A stretch of 63,203 bases of DNA, filler included, from Octopus bimaculoides (GCF_001194135.2; 4 parts of 4 records of this genome joined end to end with filler, not necessarily neighbours in it); one strand, 5' to 3'. Counted from the first letter of the whole stretch, positions 12,159 to 25,950 are shown. Numbers and translations: made by a program. The notes: generated by a model not told the origin, from the sequence alone.

Positions 12159-13333
12159 TTTTCTCTTTTTCTCCCCCACCCTCTCTCCATCTCTTTACCC
12201 TTCCTCCAAACAATCCTACAATTACAAAAGACAACAACAAAAAAAGCCATCACCATGGCAACTGCAACCACTAATACCATCCGTATCGAGAAAGGAAATT
12301 ACAAAATGTCAGCTCATTGCATCCATGTGTATGCATGCGTGCATGTGTGTATGCGTGCACGCGTGTGTGTTTGTGAATGTGTGTGTGTGTGTTTTGCATG
12401 TATGTCTCCTAATACCTGATACAGTGTACGCTAGTGTCTGTCGCTGCATGTGTGTGTAGATTCACTGCGTGACTGCTCATATGCTTGTGTGTGTACGAGT
12501 GTGTGTGTGTGTGAGTGAGTGTTTCTCTATATGAGTATGTATTTATGCGTGTATGCGGAAGCGTGTGTGTTGATGTTGGCATCGTTTAAACAACAAACAT
12601 TAATTGACGAAAGGTTCGAACACACAGACACACACACACACACACACACATGTATATATGTATGTTAAGTAACCGTTAAGTTACGGGGATGTAAACACAC
12701 CAGCATCGGTTGTCAAGCGATGGGGAGAGACAAACACAGACACACGAACATATACATACGCACTTAGACACACACACACACACACACACACACANNNNNN
12801 NNNNNNNNNNNNNNNNNNNNNNNNNNNNNNNNNNNNNNNNNNNNNNNNNNNNNNNNNNNNNNNNNNNNNNNNNNNNNNNNNNNNNNNNNNNNNNNNNNNN
12901 NNNNNNNNNNNNNNNNNNNNNNNNNNNNNNNNNNNNNNNNNNNNNNNNNNNNNNNNNNNNNNNNNNNNNNNNNNNNNNNNNNNNNNNNNNNNNNNNNNNN
13001 NNNNNNNNNNNNNNNNNNNNNNNNNNNNNNNNNNNNNNNNNNNNNNNNNNNNNNNNNNNNNNNNNNNNNNNNNNNNNNNNNNNNNNNNNNNNNNNNNNNN
13101 NNNNNNNNNNNNNNNNNNNNNNNNNNNNNNNNNNNNNNNNNNNNNNNNNNNNNNNNNNNNNNNNNNNNNNNNNNNNNNNNNNNNNNNNNNNNNNNNNNNN
13201 NNNNNNNNNNNNNNNNNNNNNNNNNNNNNNNNNNNNNNNNNNNNNNNNNNNNNNNNNNNNNNNNNNNNNNNNNNNNNNNNNNNNNNNNNNNNNNNNNNNN
13301 NNNNNNTATATATATATATATGTATATATATAC

Positions 13334-13491
13334 ATGCTTTTGTTAAAGCTGCAAAATTTTCACAAAGCTGTTACTCGGAGTTTCACTTACCCATTTTTGC
13401 ATTCGTCTGACGGTTGTGATGAATTATCCAACGTACGGGAAAGTGAAACTCTAACAGCTTTGTTAAAATTTCTCGGCTTTAATAAAAGCAT
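13334..13491. repeat. Imperfect inverted repeat/foldback (about 55-59 bp arms, about 44-nt spacer); possible MITE
   Basis: Left arm ATGCTTTTGTTAAAGCTGCAAAATTTTCACAAAGCTGTTACTCGGAGTTTCACTTACCC. Reverse complement of right arm ATGCTTTTATTAAAGCCGAGAAATTTTAACAAAGCTGTTAGAGTTTCACTTTCCC. Confidence 0.85.
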
Positions 13492-14029
13492 ATTCCTCTA
13501 CCTTAGGTATTCGAGTACTATTTTTTTTTCCACCTTATGTCCACCTGTGAGTTTGTGCGTGTATGTATTGAATGGCATCGATATGTTTAATAAGCATATA
13601 TTCAGTTTTATTCAGTTTTGTTCTCCAATTAGACTTCATCTTTCAAACTTACGCTACGTCTGTAGTTTGTAAAAAAGATAGAAACTTCTAGTTTCATCTT
13701 CCATTAAGACTCATCTGAGAAAATAAGTTGCTTAGAGGTGATTATCATTAAATAAAATAAGATTAAGCCAGATAAATCAGCTTTTTACTTAGTGCTACAT
13801 GGTTAAGGGCGGAACATAGGAGTAGGAAGCAAACGTGGATTATGAATAAAATATGATTTATGAATATTGACTGGTCTTCGATTATGTCATTAATCCTTCA
13901 CTCAAATGTTAATGCCGAGTGACAATCTTCTGATGTCACCATGAAATGCATAAGCTGTCACACTCATATACACACACGTATACACACACGTACACACACA
14001 CGTACCCAAACAATACACAAGGCCAGCAA

Positions 14030-14150
14030 TTTTGAGGGGAGGGTGATTCGATTACATCGCCTCCCGCCTCCGTGCTCAATTGGTATTCATTTCATCAAGC
14101 CCCAGAGGATGAAAGACAAAGTAAACCTCGGCGGAATTTGAACTCAGAAC
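14030..14150 (-). mobile_element. SINE family B fragment
   Basis: ...GGATGAAAGACAAAGTAAACCTCGGCGGAATTTGAACTCAGAAC. Confidence 0.8.
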
Positions 14151-14877
14151 GAAGTCGATTTTGCCTATGTCTATAACTATACAAAACAGAAGTCTCAGAC
14201 GTGTACATAGATCATGCAGCCACACACACACACACATTCATATATATACAAACAAAATGTTACATAGAAATACATATGAATATANNNNNNNNNNNNNNNN
14301 NNNNNNNNNNNNNNNNNNNNNNNNNNNNNNNNNNNNNNNNNNNNNNNNNNNNNNNNNNNNNNNNNNNNNNNNNNNNNNNNNNNNNNNNNNNNNNNNNNNN
14401 NNNNNNNNNNNNNNNNNNNNTATGTGTGTGTGTGTGTGAGTCTATGTATATTAATATTTGTTTATATATTCAGTTATAATAAGAACACTTTTACATTAAT
14501 CCGATGGGTTCCTCTAGACTTTTGTGCTTCTGTATGAATTAATCTCTAGATATATATCAGTATGTGTATGTACATATGTATACATGCACATACATACAGG
14601 AACATACACACACACACGATATATAAACACACACACACACAAATGCACAACGGAATCCAGCTCAGCATCAAAAGAAAAGTAGGAGAACGCAAGAAATATT
14701 CATTCTAAATTGTCATATTCATGTCTGAAACGTAAAACGGATGTTATAAACGTACTGGGTAAAAGTATAAAAGCATTAATGAGATGACAGACATTGTCAG
14801 ATGAAATATGATAATGCTGCAGTTTCTGCAAGTACTTAGGGTTAATTAGCATTAGACTCTCACGTTATATTTGACTA

Positions 14878-16035
14878 TCTGTCGCCAACTCTTTTATCAA
14901 AACAAATATGAACATAATTAAAAGCGACAGAGGCAAGATTAATACCAAAAGGTAATATTTATTAATAGTTATCGCCAAGCCAACATGGCAGTCCCAAAAT
15001 TAGGACATGTTCCACTTAAAGTAGACAGCGGAATACTGCGTTATTTACCAGGAGAGATCCTCTCATATGGACTTGCGGCGCATATGAGCAATCGTGTTTA
15101 TATCGCTGGCGATCGAATAACCTTTGATTACAGCAGACGTCAGTGGCAAAACGTAGCAGTCAATTCTCCTGTCAACGATATATATAAAAAAAATAATAAA
15201 TGCGCCCTTCTAAAGCCTAGCCAGGCTCATGAGCCCGGGTTCCTGGTTTCAATGGCGTATGTGTTCCCCAGCTGGACGGGACGCCAGTCCATCGCAGCGT
15301 TACTCATTTTTGCCAGGTGAGTGGACTGGAGCAACGTGAAATGAAGTGTTTTGCTCAAGAACATAACGTGTCGCCCGGTCCAGGAATCGAAACCACAATN
15401 NNNNNNNNNNNNNNNNNNNNNNNNNNNNNNNNNNNNNNNNNNNNNNNNNNNNNNNNNNNNNNNNNNNNNNNNNNNNNNNNNNNNNNNNNNNNNNNNNNNN
15501 NNNNNNNNNNNNNNNNNNNNNNNNNNNNNNNNNNNNNNNNNNNNNNNNNNNNNNNNNNNNNNNNNNNNNNNNNNNNNNNNNNNNNNNNNNNNNNNNNNNN
15601 NNNNNNNNNNNNNNNNNNNNNNNNNNNNNNNNNNNNNNNNNNNNNNNNNNNNNNNNNNNNNNNNNNNNNNNNNNNNNNNNNNNNNNNNNNNNNNNNNNNN
15701 NNNNNNNNNNNNNNNNNNNNNNNNNNNNNNNNNNNNNNNNNNNNNNNNNNNNNNNNNNNNNNNNNNNNNNNNNNNNATAGATATATATATATATATATAT
15801 AGATATATATATATATATATATATATAATCTCAGTACCTATTCCGGCACTGATGTCGCAAACCGCCAGTGGGTTTATTAAAAAATGATTAGTAGCGAGTG
15901 AGGCAATATATCCAAAAGGTAATATCTATCTTCCACTTAAAATGTGTAGTGTTAGAACACGGATTGCTGTTTTATATACCATGAGAAAACTTCTCGTATG
16001 GACTTGTGTTCCATATAAGCTGTCGTGTTTATTTT
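14878..16035. repeat. Diverged local duplication (about 14878-15105 vs about 15852-16035)
   Basis: Shared blocks in the same order: AGGCAA..T.CCAAAAGGTAATAT, TTCCACTTAAA and TCTC(A/G)TATGGACTTG....CATAT(G/A)AGC..TCGTGTTTAT. Confidence 0.7.
15190..15399 (-). mobile_element. CORE-type SINE with a different 3' tail
   Basis: ACTCATTTTTGCCAGGTGAGTGGACTGGAGCAACGTGAAATGAAGTG is the reverse complement of the family D CORE block, followed by a tRNA B-box (GGAATCGAAAC). Confidence 0.75.
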
Positions 16036-17319
16036 ACTGCCGTATCAGCCATATCACGTGATTTCGGCCTTCCTCGGCCGTTAACAGACTGTTATCGCCC
16101 GTCAGCGATATAAACACGAGTCTTTATAGGCACCAAAAGTCAATTTGAGAAGTTCTCTCTTGGTAACTAATGCAGTACTCCGTGCTCTAAAACAACATCC
16201 ACTTTAAGCGGGAGATAAATAATATGAACATACATTTGCAATTCAGCCTTTTTTTCAAACGTCATTAAACAAAGCACACACATAAATGCATACACAAATA
16301 AACTCCTCCCGAAAGTTTAAAAGGCAGATATAACACACTGTGTGTAGAGGACAATAACACTTTTTTTTCCTTTTAATCAGAAACTAACTGCTTTTCTATA
16401 AAAATCGTTGTTCGTAGCAAAGATAATACGTGGTTGGTATTTTGCCATTTCCGCTTGTTTTGTCGTTATTGCAACATGTTATTGCAACATGTTATTGTGC
16501 CTTCCTTAGCAGTTCTTTATCAGTCTTTGCTTTTATATCTTTGAACATGTTTCCAAACAATAGGTTTTTTTTTTATTGATGTTCTTTACAAACCTCATTC
16601 CGCTTGACATCAAAAAAAAAAAAAAAAAAAAAAANNNNNNNNNNNNNNNNNNNNNNNNNNNNNNNNNNNNNNNNNNNNNNNNNNNNNNNNNNNNNNNNNN
16701 NNNNNNNNNNNNNNNNNNNNNNNNNNNNNNNNNNNNNNNNNNNNNNNNNNNNNNNNNNNNNNNNNNNNNNNNNNNNNNNNNNNNNNNNNNNNNNNNNNNN
16801 NNNNNNNNNNNNNNNNNNNNNNNNNNNNNNNNNNNNNNNNNNNNNNNNNNNNNNNNNNNNNNNNNNNNNNNNNNNNNNNNNNNNNNNNNNNNNNNNNNNN
16901 NNNNNNNNNNNNNNNNNNNNNNNNNNNNNNNNNNNNNNNNNNNNNNNNNNNNNNNNNNNNNNNNNNNNNNNNNNNNNNNNNNNNNNNNNNNNNNNNNNNN
17001 NNNNNNNNNNNNNNNNNNNNNNNNNNNNNNNNNNNNNNNNNNNNNNNNNNNNNNNNNNNNNNNNNNNNNNNNNNNNNNNNNNNNNNNNNNNNNNNNNNNN
17101 NNNNNNNNNNNNNNNNNNNNNNNNNNNNNNNNNNNNNNNNNNNNNNNNNNNNNNNNNNNNNNNNNNNNNNNNNNNNNNNNNNNNNNNNNNNNNNNNNNNN
17201 NNNNNNNNNNNNNNNNNNNNNNNNNNNNNNNNNNNNNNNNNNNNNNNNNNNNNNNNNNNNNNNNNNNNNNNNNNNNNNNNNNNNNNNNNNNNNNNNNNNN
17301 NNNNNNNNNNNNNNNNNNN

Positions 17320-17352
<33 letters not shown>

Positions 17353-17658
17353 CATACATACATACTTACATACAGATATATATTTTATTTTTAATCTTCT
17401 ATACAAATGAAGATATTTCCTCCATCGGGCTGCTTTTCTTTCTACAAAACGATAATTTACATTGCAGAACTGTTATTTTAAAGAGTTGTATTTATCACCC
17501 AACGAGATAAATCTGCACTGCGGATGCTCCTAAACCAGTTGTTGAGTGTCCCACCCATGAGAGATCGATGCTAGATGTATCGAAACAATAGTGGTGATTA
17601 GTAATAAATTCTCGTATATTCCATCTTGTATTTGCCATAGATGTGTAGATATATATGT

Positions 17659-17697
<39 letters not shown>

Positions 17698-17886
17698 TAA
17701 GGTAGTTTATTGGTGTTAAAACACTACGTCGCTTTGAAATAAGTTGTTTTTCTCTCCTAATGAAAACATTATCAGATACCAAGTACTTGGTGTAACAAAA
17801 GCACCAAATGCTGCACGAGTATGGCCGCCATCCAATGACTGAAACAAGCAAGATAGTTAACAAATGAAGAACGTATAAGAGGAATA

Positions 17887-17887
<1 letters not shown>

Positions 17888-17917
<30 letters not shown>

Positions 17918-17956
17918 AAGAAGAAGAAGAAGAAGAAGAAGAAGAAGAAGAAGAAG

Positions 17957-18000
<44 letters not shown>
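17888..18000. repeat. Compound (AAG)n(AAC)n microsatellite
   Basis: Direct reading of the sequence. Confidence 0.95.
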
Positions 18001-18956
18001 CTTTATAGTTTTATGTCTTTCAGGTGAAGGGATGTCCTAGAAATATAAATAAGAATTGAGACAAGGCAGTGAAATATCGATGTGATTTAGAAGTATATCG
18101 CACGATATTAATAAATTAGACTTTTATAAAGTACGGAATATTGCAATTTCCATAGTGACAATATAGGAATATTATAAAGAGTGGGATGGATGATGTATGT
18201 GTGCATGTGTGTGTGTATGTATATTTGCATCCTTATGTATGAATATATAAAAGCATGTATAACATATGCATATATATATTGTGTGTGTGTGTGTGTATGC
18301 ATCTATATACACAAATACTCGCTCATATGTATGTATGTATGTATGCTTGTATGTATGTATGTATGTACGTAGCATGTATGTTTGTGTGTATGAATGTATG
18401 TATGTGTGCATGGATGAATACATGTAATCACGGTTGAATTAGTATGGATGTTTGTTGTTATATGCACCTGAGCATGACTGGACAGGTGCATATAAACATA
18501 TGTGCCTCATTCTAAAAGTGCATATTTTCTAGTGTGTATATATATATATATATATATATATNNNNNNNNNNNNNNNNNNNNNNNNNNNNNNNNNNNNNNN
18601 NNNNNNNNNNNNNNNNNNNNNNNNNNNNNNNNNNNNNNNNNNNNNNNNNNNNNNNNNNNNNNNNNNNNNNNNNNNNNNNNNNNNNNNNNNNNNNNNNNNN
18701 NNNNNNNNNNNNNNNNNNNNNNNNNNNNNNNNNNNNNNNNNNNNNNNNNNNNNNNNNNNNNNNNNNNNNNNNNNNNNNNNNNNNNNNNNNNNNNNNNNNN
18801 NNNNNNNNNNNNNNNNNNNNNNNNNNNNNNNNNNNNNNNNNNNNNNNNNNNNNNNNNNNNNNNNNNNNNNNNNNNNNNNNNNNNNNNNNNNNNNNNNNNN
18901 NNNNNNNNNNNNNNNNNNNNNNNNNNNNNNNNNNNNNNNNNNNNNNNNNNNNNNNN

Positions 18957-19021
<65 letters not shown>

Positions 19022-19290
19022 TCCTCAACCATTTCTACCTCCGACCACTCCTCTCTTATTCTCTCACTTCTCAGTTACAGGTAGTTCGAGTCCATATATT
19101 CACTTGACGATGTAACATTTAAATATCGACGTCAAAAATCTGACATTTCGTACATATTTCATCACGACACGCACCAAAGCTGACGCAGGCACACACGGCT
19201 ACACACATACACACACAGCTACACACATACACACACATATTTACACACATTTATATGTGCGAGTATATATGCATTTATGTGTATGTATCA

Positions 19291-19327
<37 letters not shown>

Positions 19328-19338
19328 NNNNNNNNNNN

Positions 19339-19375
<37 letters not shown>

Positions 19376-19398
19376 GAAGGAGAGAGGTAGATAGATAA

Positions 19399-19456
<58 letters not shown>

Positions 19457-19502
19457 GGTCTTGTGCAAGAAATTTGAAACCAATATAATATTTGATCTTT
19501 GT

Positions 19503-19725
19503 AAGGCGGCGAGCTGGTAGAATCGTTAGCACGCCGGGCTAAATGCTTAACGGTATTTCGTCTGTCTTTACGTTCTGAGTTCAAGTTCTGCCGAGGTCGA
19601 CTTTTCCTTTCATCCTTTCGGGATCGATAAATTAAGTACCAGTTGCATACTTGAGTCGATCTAATCGACTAGTCCGTCCCCAAAATATTTCGGGCCTTGT
19701 GTCTAAAGTAGAAAAGAATATTTGA
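19503..19725 (+). mobile_element. SINE family B
   Basis: AAGGCGGCGAGCTGGTAGAATCGTTAGCACGCCGGG... Confidence 0.9.
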
Positions 19726-20360
19726 TCCTTGTGTTTGTAAAATGTTTAATCAAATGTAGGAGTCCTTTTGCTGTTTTCATTTTAGTTAGTCTATATAAGT
19801 TCATATTAACTTATATTACTCTAATTGTTCCATACATCCTGTTCTTTCCATGCATTCGTCTTGTTTTATTTTGAGAAATATCAAATTGCAAATTTTAAAA
19901 TATTTCATACTCGAACTTGGTGATGCATCGTAGTTTAAGTTTCCTACGAACTATGAAAAAAAAAAACAATCAAAATTATTAGTAGTAGAGCACAGGGATT
20001 GATGTCGTCGAAAATTTAGGGCTTTCTGCATTTAAAGCAAATGATTTCAAAGTATATTTATACAGCATGTTTAACATTTGCGTCTCACGAGTTTATATAA
20101 CGTTGCTCAATTAAAATTTCATATATTTTTCTTCCGGTTCAACAATATTTTGCCTGCGTTGCCTCTATACACATGGACAGGGAACGTACATGTTTTATAC
20201 ACATGTTCCACATGTATATAAAGTAAACATCTTCTACAATTTATATTTGTTTAAATCATTGGGCAGCGGCCATGTTGGCACCCCGTGCTAACGTGTATAG
20301 TCGTACAAATGTACCTCAGTATTTATACATACATACATACATACATACATACATACATAC

Positions 20361-20470
20361 AAAAATACCCTTTTGTTAATTTTGAGATTCCAATGAAGGA
20401 ACCTTGGCTCTAAGTTAGAAACCGGTTCTTTCTCTATTGGCAAGAAATCCTGAACTAAACTGAATAATGA
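20361..20470 (+). mobile_element. Short 3'UTR-only copy of the R4-like element embedded in (TACA)n
   Basis: Aligns with the reverse complement of 5431-5540. (TACA)n lies on both flanks. Confidence 0.7.
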
Positions 20471-20924
20471 CATAATACATACTTACATACATGTATGCAT
20501 GCATGTATGTATGTATGTAAGTATGTATGTATGTATGTATGGATGGATGGATGGATGTATGTATATGCTTTGTTCTTGTTTTTCTTCTGAAAATTGCTTC
20601 ACTGGGTTGTCTTCATGTTTTATTTAATTTCTCTTTCCTGTTCTTTTTCAGATAAAAATGTAACAAACGACTCGAAAATAAAAGTTTTCCACGGAAAGAA
20701 ACCATTACGCCCTTGCTTCTTTCAAGCCGAAGGTCAAAGTCAAGCTGCACGAATCGTTTGGACAACGGAATCAAGAGATTGTAGCGGAAGATCTCCAGAA
20801 AGATTACACAGACTTTGAAGTAGCCAAAATAAACGTTCAAAGGCAGTTTATATATACGATGGTGTACTCAAAAGTAGCCGGAAACGTTCTCTGTCCTATC
20901 TATATATTTATGTATATGTGTGTC

Positions 20925-21100
20925 TGTGACAACCGACGTTGGTGTGTTTACGTTCCCGTATCTTAGCAGTTCGGTAAAAAAGACCGATAGAGTAAGTAAT
21001 AGGCTTACAAAGATTAATTCCTGGGGTAGATTTGTTCGACTAAAAGCTGTTGCTCCAACATGGCCACAGTCAAATGACTGAAACAAGTTAAAGAATATAA
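20925..21100 (+). mobile_element. SINE family A, 3' half
   Basis: GACAACCGACGTTGGTGTGTTTACGTTCCCGTA...CAGTCAAATGACTGAAACAAG. Confidence 0.85.
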
Positions 21101-21247
21101 GAATGTATATATTTCTCTGGAGACTGTCAGAATGATATGGACGCGTATGACGAGAATCCAACAAGGTTCGAAGTTCGATTAAGGTTGTTGATCATTTTTT
21201 CAGTCTACGGAGAAATGGCAAAAATTTCCAGTTTATAATTATACCAT

Positions 21248-21321
<74 letters not shown>

Positions 21322-21325
21322 TGCA

Positions 21326-21359
<34 letters not shown>

Positions 21360-21360
21360 G

Positions 21361-21810
21361 AGCCGCAATGGCCGAGTGTTAGGGCAGCGAACTCGCGGTC
21401 NNNNNNNNNNNNNNNNNNNNNNNNNNNNNNNNNNNNNNNNNNNNNNNNNNNNNNNNNNNNNNNNNNNNNNNNNNNNNNNNNNNNNNGGGCGTTGTGAGTG
21501 TTTATTGAGCGAAAGCATCTAAAGCTCCACGAGGCTCCGGCAGGGGATGGTGGCGAACACTGCTGTACTCTTTCACCACTTTCTCTCACTCTTACTTCCT
21601 GTTTCTGTTGTAATTCAAAGGTTTAACCTGTAATTCAAAGGGTTAGCCTTGTCACACTGTGTCACGCTGAATATCCCCGAGAACTATGTTAAATGTACAC
21701 TTGTCTGTGGAGTGCTCAGCCACTTGCACGTTAATTTCGCGAGCAGGCTGTTCCGTTGATCGGATCAACTGAAACCCTCGACGTCGTAAGCAACGGAGTG
21801 CCAACAACAA
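21361..21810 (+). mobile_element. SINE family C, full length (gap in head)
   Basis: tRNA-like head GCAATGGCCGAGTGTTAGGGCAGCGAACTCGCGGTC and tail ending GGAGTGCCAACAACAAC. Confidence 0.9.
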
Positions 21811-22160
21811 CAATATATATATGTATTCGTGTGTTTTCGTTTAGTGAGCGGTAAGCAGAGATATTAATTTCTATATGACTTACGTAGAAATTTACCTCAC
21901 GCAGAGCATGACTGCATTCGTCTATGGAATGGTGAAAACATAAAAAATTAATATCCACCATAGGCATATCCAAAGTCCGGAATGATTTCTATGTAACAAG
22001 TGCAGAACTTTAAATATCTTGTTACAACATATAACGAAATCCTTCATATTTCCGATGATAACCTCAATGATAACATCAATAAATGCACCGTTATATCTAT
22101 GTCTATGATCAACCTACATGCAAATGCACTGTTGCACACACACATGTATACACACACACG

Positions 22161-22218
<58 letters not shown>

Positions 22219-22416
22219 TACACGTATAAATCAGTGCGTGTGTGTGTGTGTTTTGTGAAATCATCGATGATCTGGATATGAGCGCGGTTGTAGTGACCTT
22301 GTCTGCCTTGTCAGTCGTTTACACACTGGTTTTCGTGGCTATTGAGTTGTTTTGACTCTTATTTCTAGCAATACAGCTGCTGATTATTGCCCCTAGTAAC
22401 ATTAGTGACGTATCTG

Positions 22417-22450
<34 letters not shown>

Positions 22451-22874
22451 AATCAATCAATCTATCCATCTATCTAATTATATATGTATAAATATACATA
22501 TATAATGTGTGTGTGCATATATATATATATATGTATATATANNNNNNNNNNNNNNNNNNNNNNNNNNNNNNNNNNNNNNNNNNNNNNNNNNNNNNNNNNN
22601 NNNNNNNNNNNNNNNNNNNNNNNNNNNNNNNNNNNNNNNNNNNNNNNNNNNNNNNNNNNNNNNNNNNNNNNNNNNNNNNNNNNNNNNNNNNNNNNNNNNN
22701 NNNNNNNNNNNNNNNNNNNNNNNNNNNNNNNNNNNNNNNNNNNNNNNNNNNNNNNNNNNNNNNNNNNNNNNNNNNNNNNNNNNNNNNNNNNNNNNNNNNN
22801 NNNNNNNNNNNNNNNNNNNNNNNNNNNNNNNNNNNNNNNNNNNNNNNNNNNNNNNNNNNNNNNNNNNNNNNNNN

Positions 22875-22908
<34 letters not shown>

Positions 22909-23310
22909 CTTAAATATGCATGTGTTTCAGTAACTGAATAATTTCTAATGAAATTTATCTTGCTCACATGCATATGTGTGTATTTATACATACACACACA
23001 CACACACACACACATACACACACACACGCACACACATATTTATATATATATATACACACATGAATTGATGGAAGCATGGTTGTGTGTATGCATGTGTGTG
23101 TGTTCAGACATCGGTGTGTCTCTATAAGTGTGCGCCCCAACGCTATTGTGAAAATCCTGACTTCCAAACTACTGTTACGTAGTTTTCTCACCTTAACACC
23201 CACGGATGAAGGTAACGTTCACATAAAACAAGCTACTGACAGTCTCCATATTAAGTTAATTTTGTAGCAGTTTGTGTTTCTGCTACTACTACTAGTACTA
23301 CTACTACTGC

Positions 23311-23364
<54 letters not shown>

Positions 23365-25029
23365 TGCTCTTATTGTTATTCTGTAATCTAATAACACAGA
23401 GATAGTTAATGAAATGTTTCAACACAACCTACGTTTACTAAATCTCAATATTTGTTAATATAAGGTCTTTAACTTATCGATTTATGTCAGTCTTCACCGT
23501 TTGATCATCGTGTTATTGCTAGCGTTGCCTTACTAAGGCTGGTATCTTAAAATATCTTGTCTTCTTTATAGAGATATTTTATGTGAATTTCGGTCTTATA
23601 TTACACCGTTTTATTACCTGAACATATCCTATTTGTCATAACGTTGACATTTGGCCGATGGATAAGGAATTTCATACTCCCATGGGTGAGAAATCTATTG
23701 TTTGAATACAGGTCCTTCATAAATCTACTAGTCCCCTTAATGCACAAACGGACACCTGTATTTATAACCTACATCTTAAGCCCTTACCCGATTTTATCCT
23801 TCTCAAATACTTTTTCTCTTTTCTGACGCCTTTTTTATAGATAAGTTATTGAAGTAAGGTAGTCTAATGAGTAGGTTCTTGCATTCAAGATTGCAAGATC
23901 GTGGTTTCGATTCTCGGATCGGGTGAAACGTTGTAGTCTTGAACAAACACACTTCATTTCACATTGCTGCCGTCCACTCAGCTGCAGATGATTCAACCAG
24001 CGATGGACTGGTCTCATGTTCAAAGGAAGATGTGGTAATCTCGGTCACTTAAACTCTATAGAGAATCACTAACCGGCCCTATGTGACGTGGGATGCGATG
24101 ATGATGATGATGATGATAATGTAGACGTCTGTAACATTGTTCCTCACAGCCCACGCATGTAACAATTTAGCCACGAAAGTAAATCGAAGGCGTAATGTAT
24201 CTTATACATAACATTTATATAATTCTTAAGAGAACTGCTTCATAAACTGTGGTACTAAATCGAAGATATACGCTACCCTTGATGCAGCATATGTGTTATT
24301 TATATAATTAATCAAACGATTGACTCAGAAATACTCCAAATTAAGTATGGCATGTATATTATTGATATAGATCGGTTGGTTCCAAAGCTCAGTGAGACAG
24401 TTACTGTGCTATCATCCACGGCGTCGGGTGTTAAAATCCAGGGATGTATTTACCAGCAATGAAGCAACGTCTCGATGTTATGTTCCGAGGATAAACGCTC
24501 ATGACGTTAAGCTATAAAATGTAATATGAATTTAATAGATAATAGATAATAGATAATAACAAGAGATATTGCTAATATTAATAACAATGAATATAATCAC
24601 CGCACTATTTCCTGAGTATACACTCTGTCGTTTGTACTAAAAATAAAAATGTATTATGTATTGATTAATCATTTATCTGTAAATTTACATGTGTGTGCGT
24701 GTGTGCGAGCATACGTTTTCATTTACAAACTGAAGATTATTTAATACATAATAGATTTTCATATATNNNNNNNNNNNNNNNNNNNNNNNNNNNNNNNNNN
24801 NNNNNNNNNNNNNNNNNNNNNNNNNNNNNNNNNNNNNNNNNNNNNNNNNNNNNNNNNNATATGTGTATGTATGTATGTATGTATGTGTGTGTGTATATAT
24901 ATAAACGTATCTTTATATACATTCATATATCTAGTTCTGTATGTATATATATATTTATACAGAATCGCCAAAGCTTGTATATATATTTTAACAGCTAATA
25001 ACTAACTTAATTTTCATTTCCTCTTAGAT

Positions 25030-25950
25030 TTACTTTCTTATAATGAAGGATGTCAGCCTCAGCTTTCAACAAAAGTTGTAACCTAAAGTGCTACTAGAAT
25101 TTGAAAAACACTTTAGGAAGGAGTTTCCCAACCAATTCCCCTAATCGATTTACTATTTCTTGAATTAGAGCTAAGTTCGAAGTGGATGGAACTCTTCTGA
25201 ATGTCTACTGGAAACGTTCCAGAAAACTACGGACGTCAACGAGCCCCACAAAGCAAGAAATGATATTATAAATGTTTTTCTGATGTTCAAGAGAAACTGT
25301 TTCAGCGTCGATGTCGGGAGGAAGGAATTTCGAAATCATTTTGAAGCGTTGCCACAATAAAAGTTACATTTCAAGACTGGTCCAGACTCTCAAGGAAGAT
25401 TACCTTGACTGAACGGTGGAGTTTTGCGAGCAGTAATTGACAAGACTTGGAGAAGATGCAAAGATTGTTTGGAGCGATGAGAGTACGTTTAAGTTAAGTG
25501 GACCAATTGTCCGCCATATTTATACCTAATGAGAGTCAGCTTATTACAAAAAAATATACAAGGAGATACAGTATAATGCAGCTTGTCATCAAAATCGTTA
25601 AGTGTAGCATACCTTTTTTTTTACAATATTGTGGGTCCTCCCATTTATTTAAACTTGTTGCAGCAGTCATGTAAAGGACCTTCATAATTTGGAGTTTTAC
25701 TTCCGGTCAAATGGGAACCACCAAGACTACTATAGTAATGTAAGAGCCTGTTTTGACGAAATTTTACCAAACAGGTAGAATGAATGGGGAGATTCAGTAG
25801 AATACACTGTGACACCTTCTCGCGGGGATGAGTGAAGACAAGTACAAAAGAAGCAACGGAGCACAAATTGGGAGTAGCTTCAAAATTGCAGTGTGGGCAA
25901 ATAACGAACGGTTTCGTTACTCGGCACTTTGAGCACAGTCCAAATAAGAC
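25030..25950 (+). mobile_element. Degenerate Tc1/mariner-superfamily transposase relic (rosa/DD41D-like)
   Basis: Fragments PNRFTIS*IRAKFEVDGTL, SRLVQTLKED, IVWSDESTFKLSG (first catalytic D, cf. WSDEAxFxLNG) and FYFRSNG...VRACFDEILPNR* (cf. FYFQQDG...VRxxLDExFPNRW). Many stops and frameshifts. Confidence 0.7.

Noticed and set aside
14985-15320. 111-aa ORF MAVPKLGHVP...
   Set aside because: The C-terminal third is SINE sequence, there is no recognisable domain, and the paralogous segment at 15.9 kb is not open.
20652-20900. Strong acceptor (ttctttttcag) followed by open frames
   Set aside because: Joining to the 7561 donor gives an immediate TGA, there is no convincing donor, and no recognisable peptide. 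It cannot be supported without transcripts.
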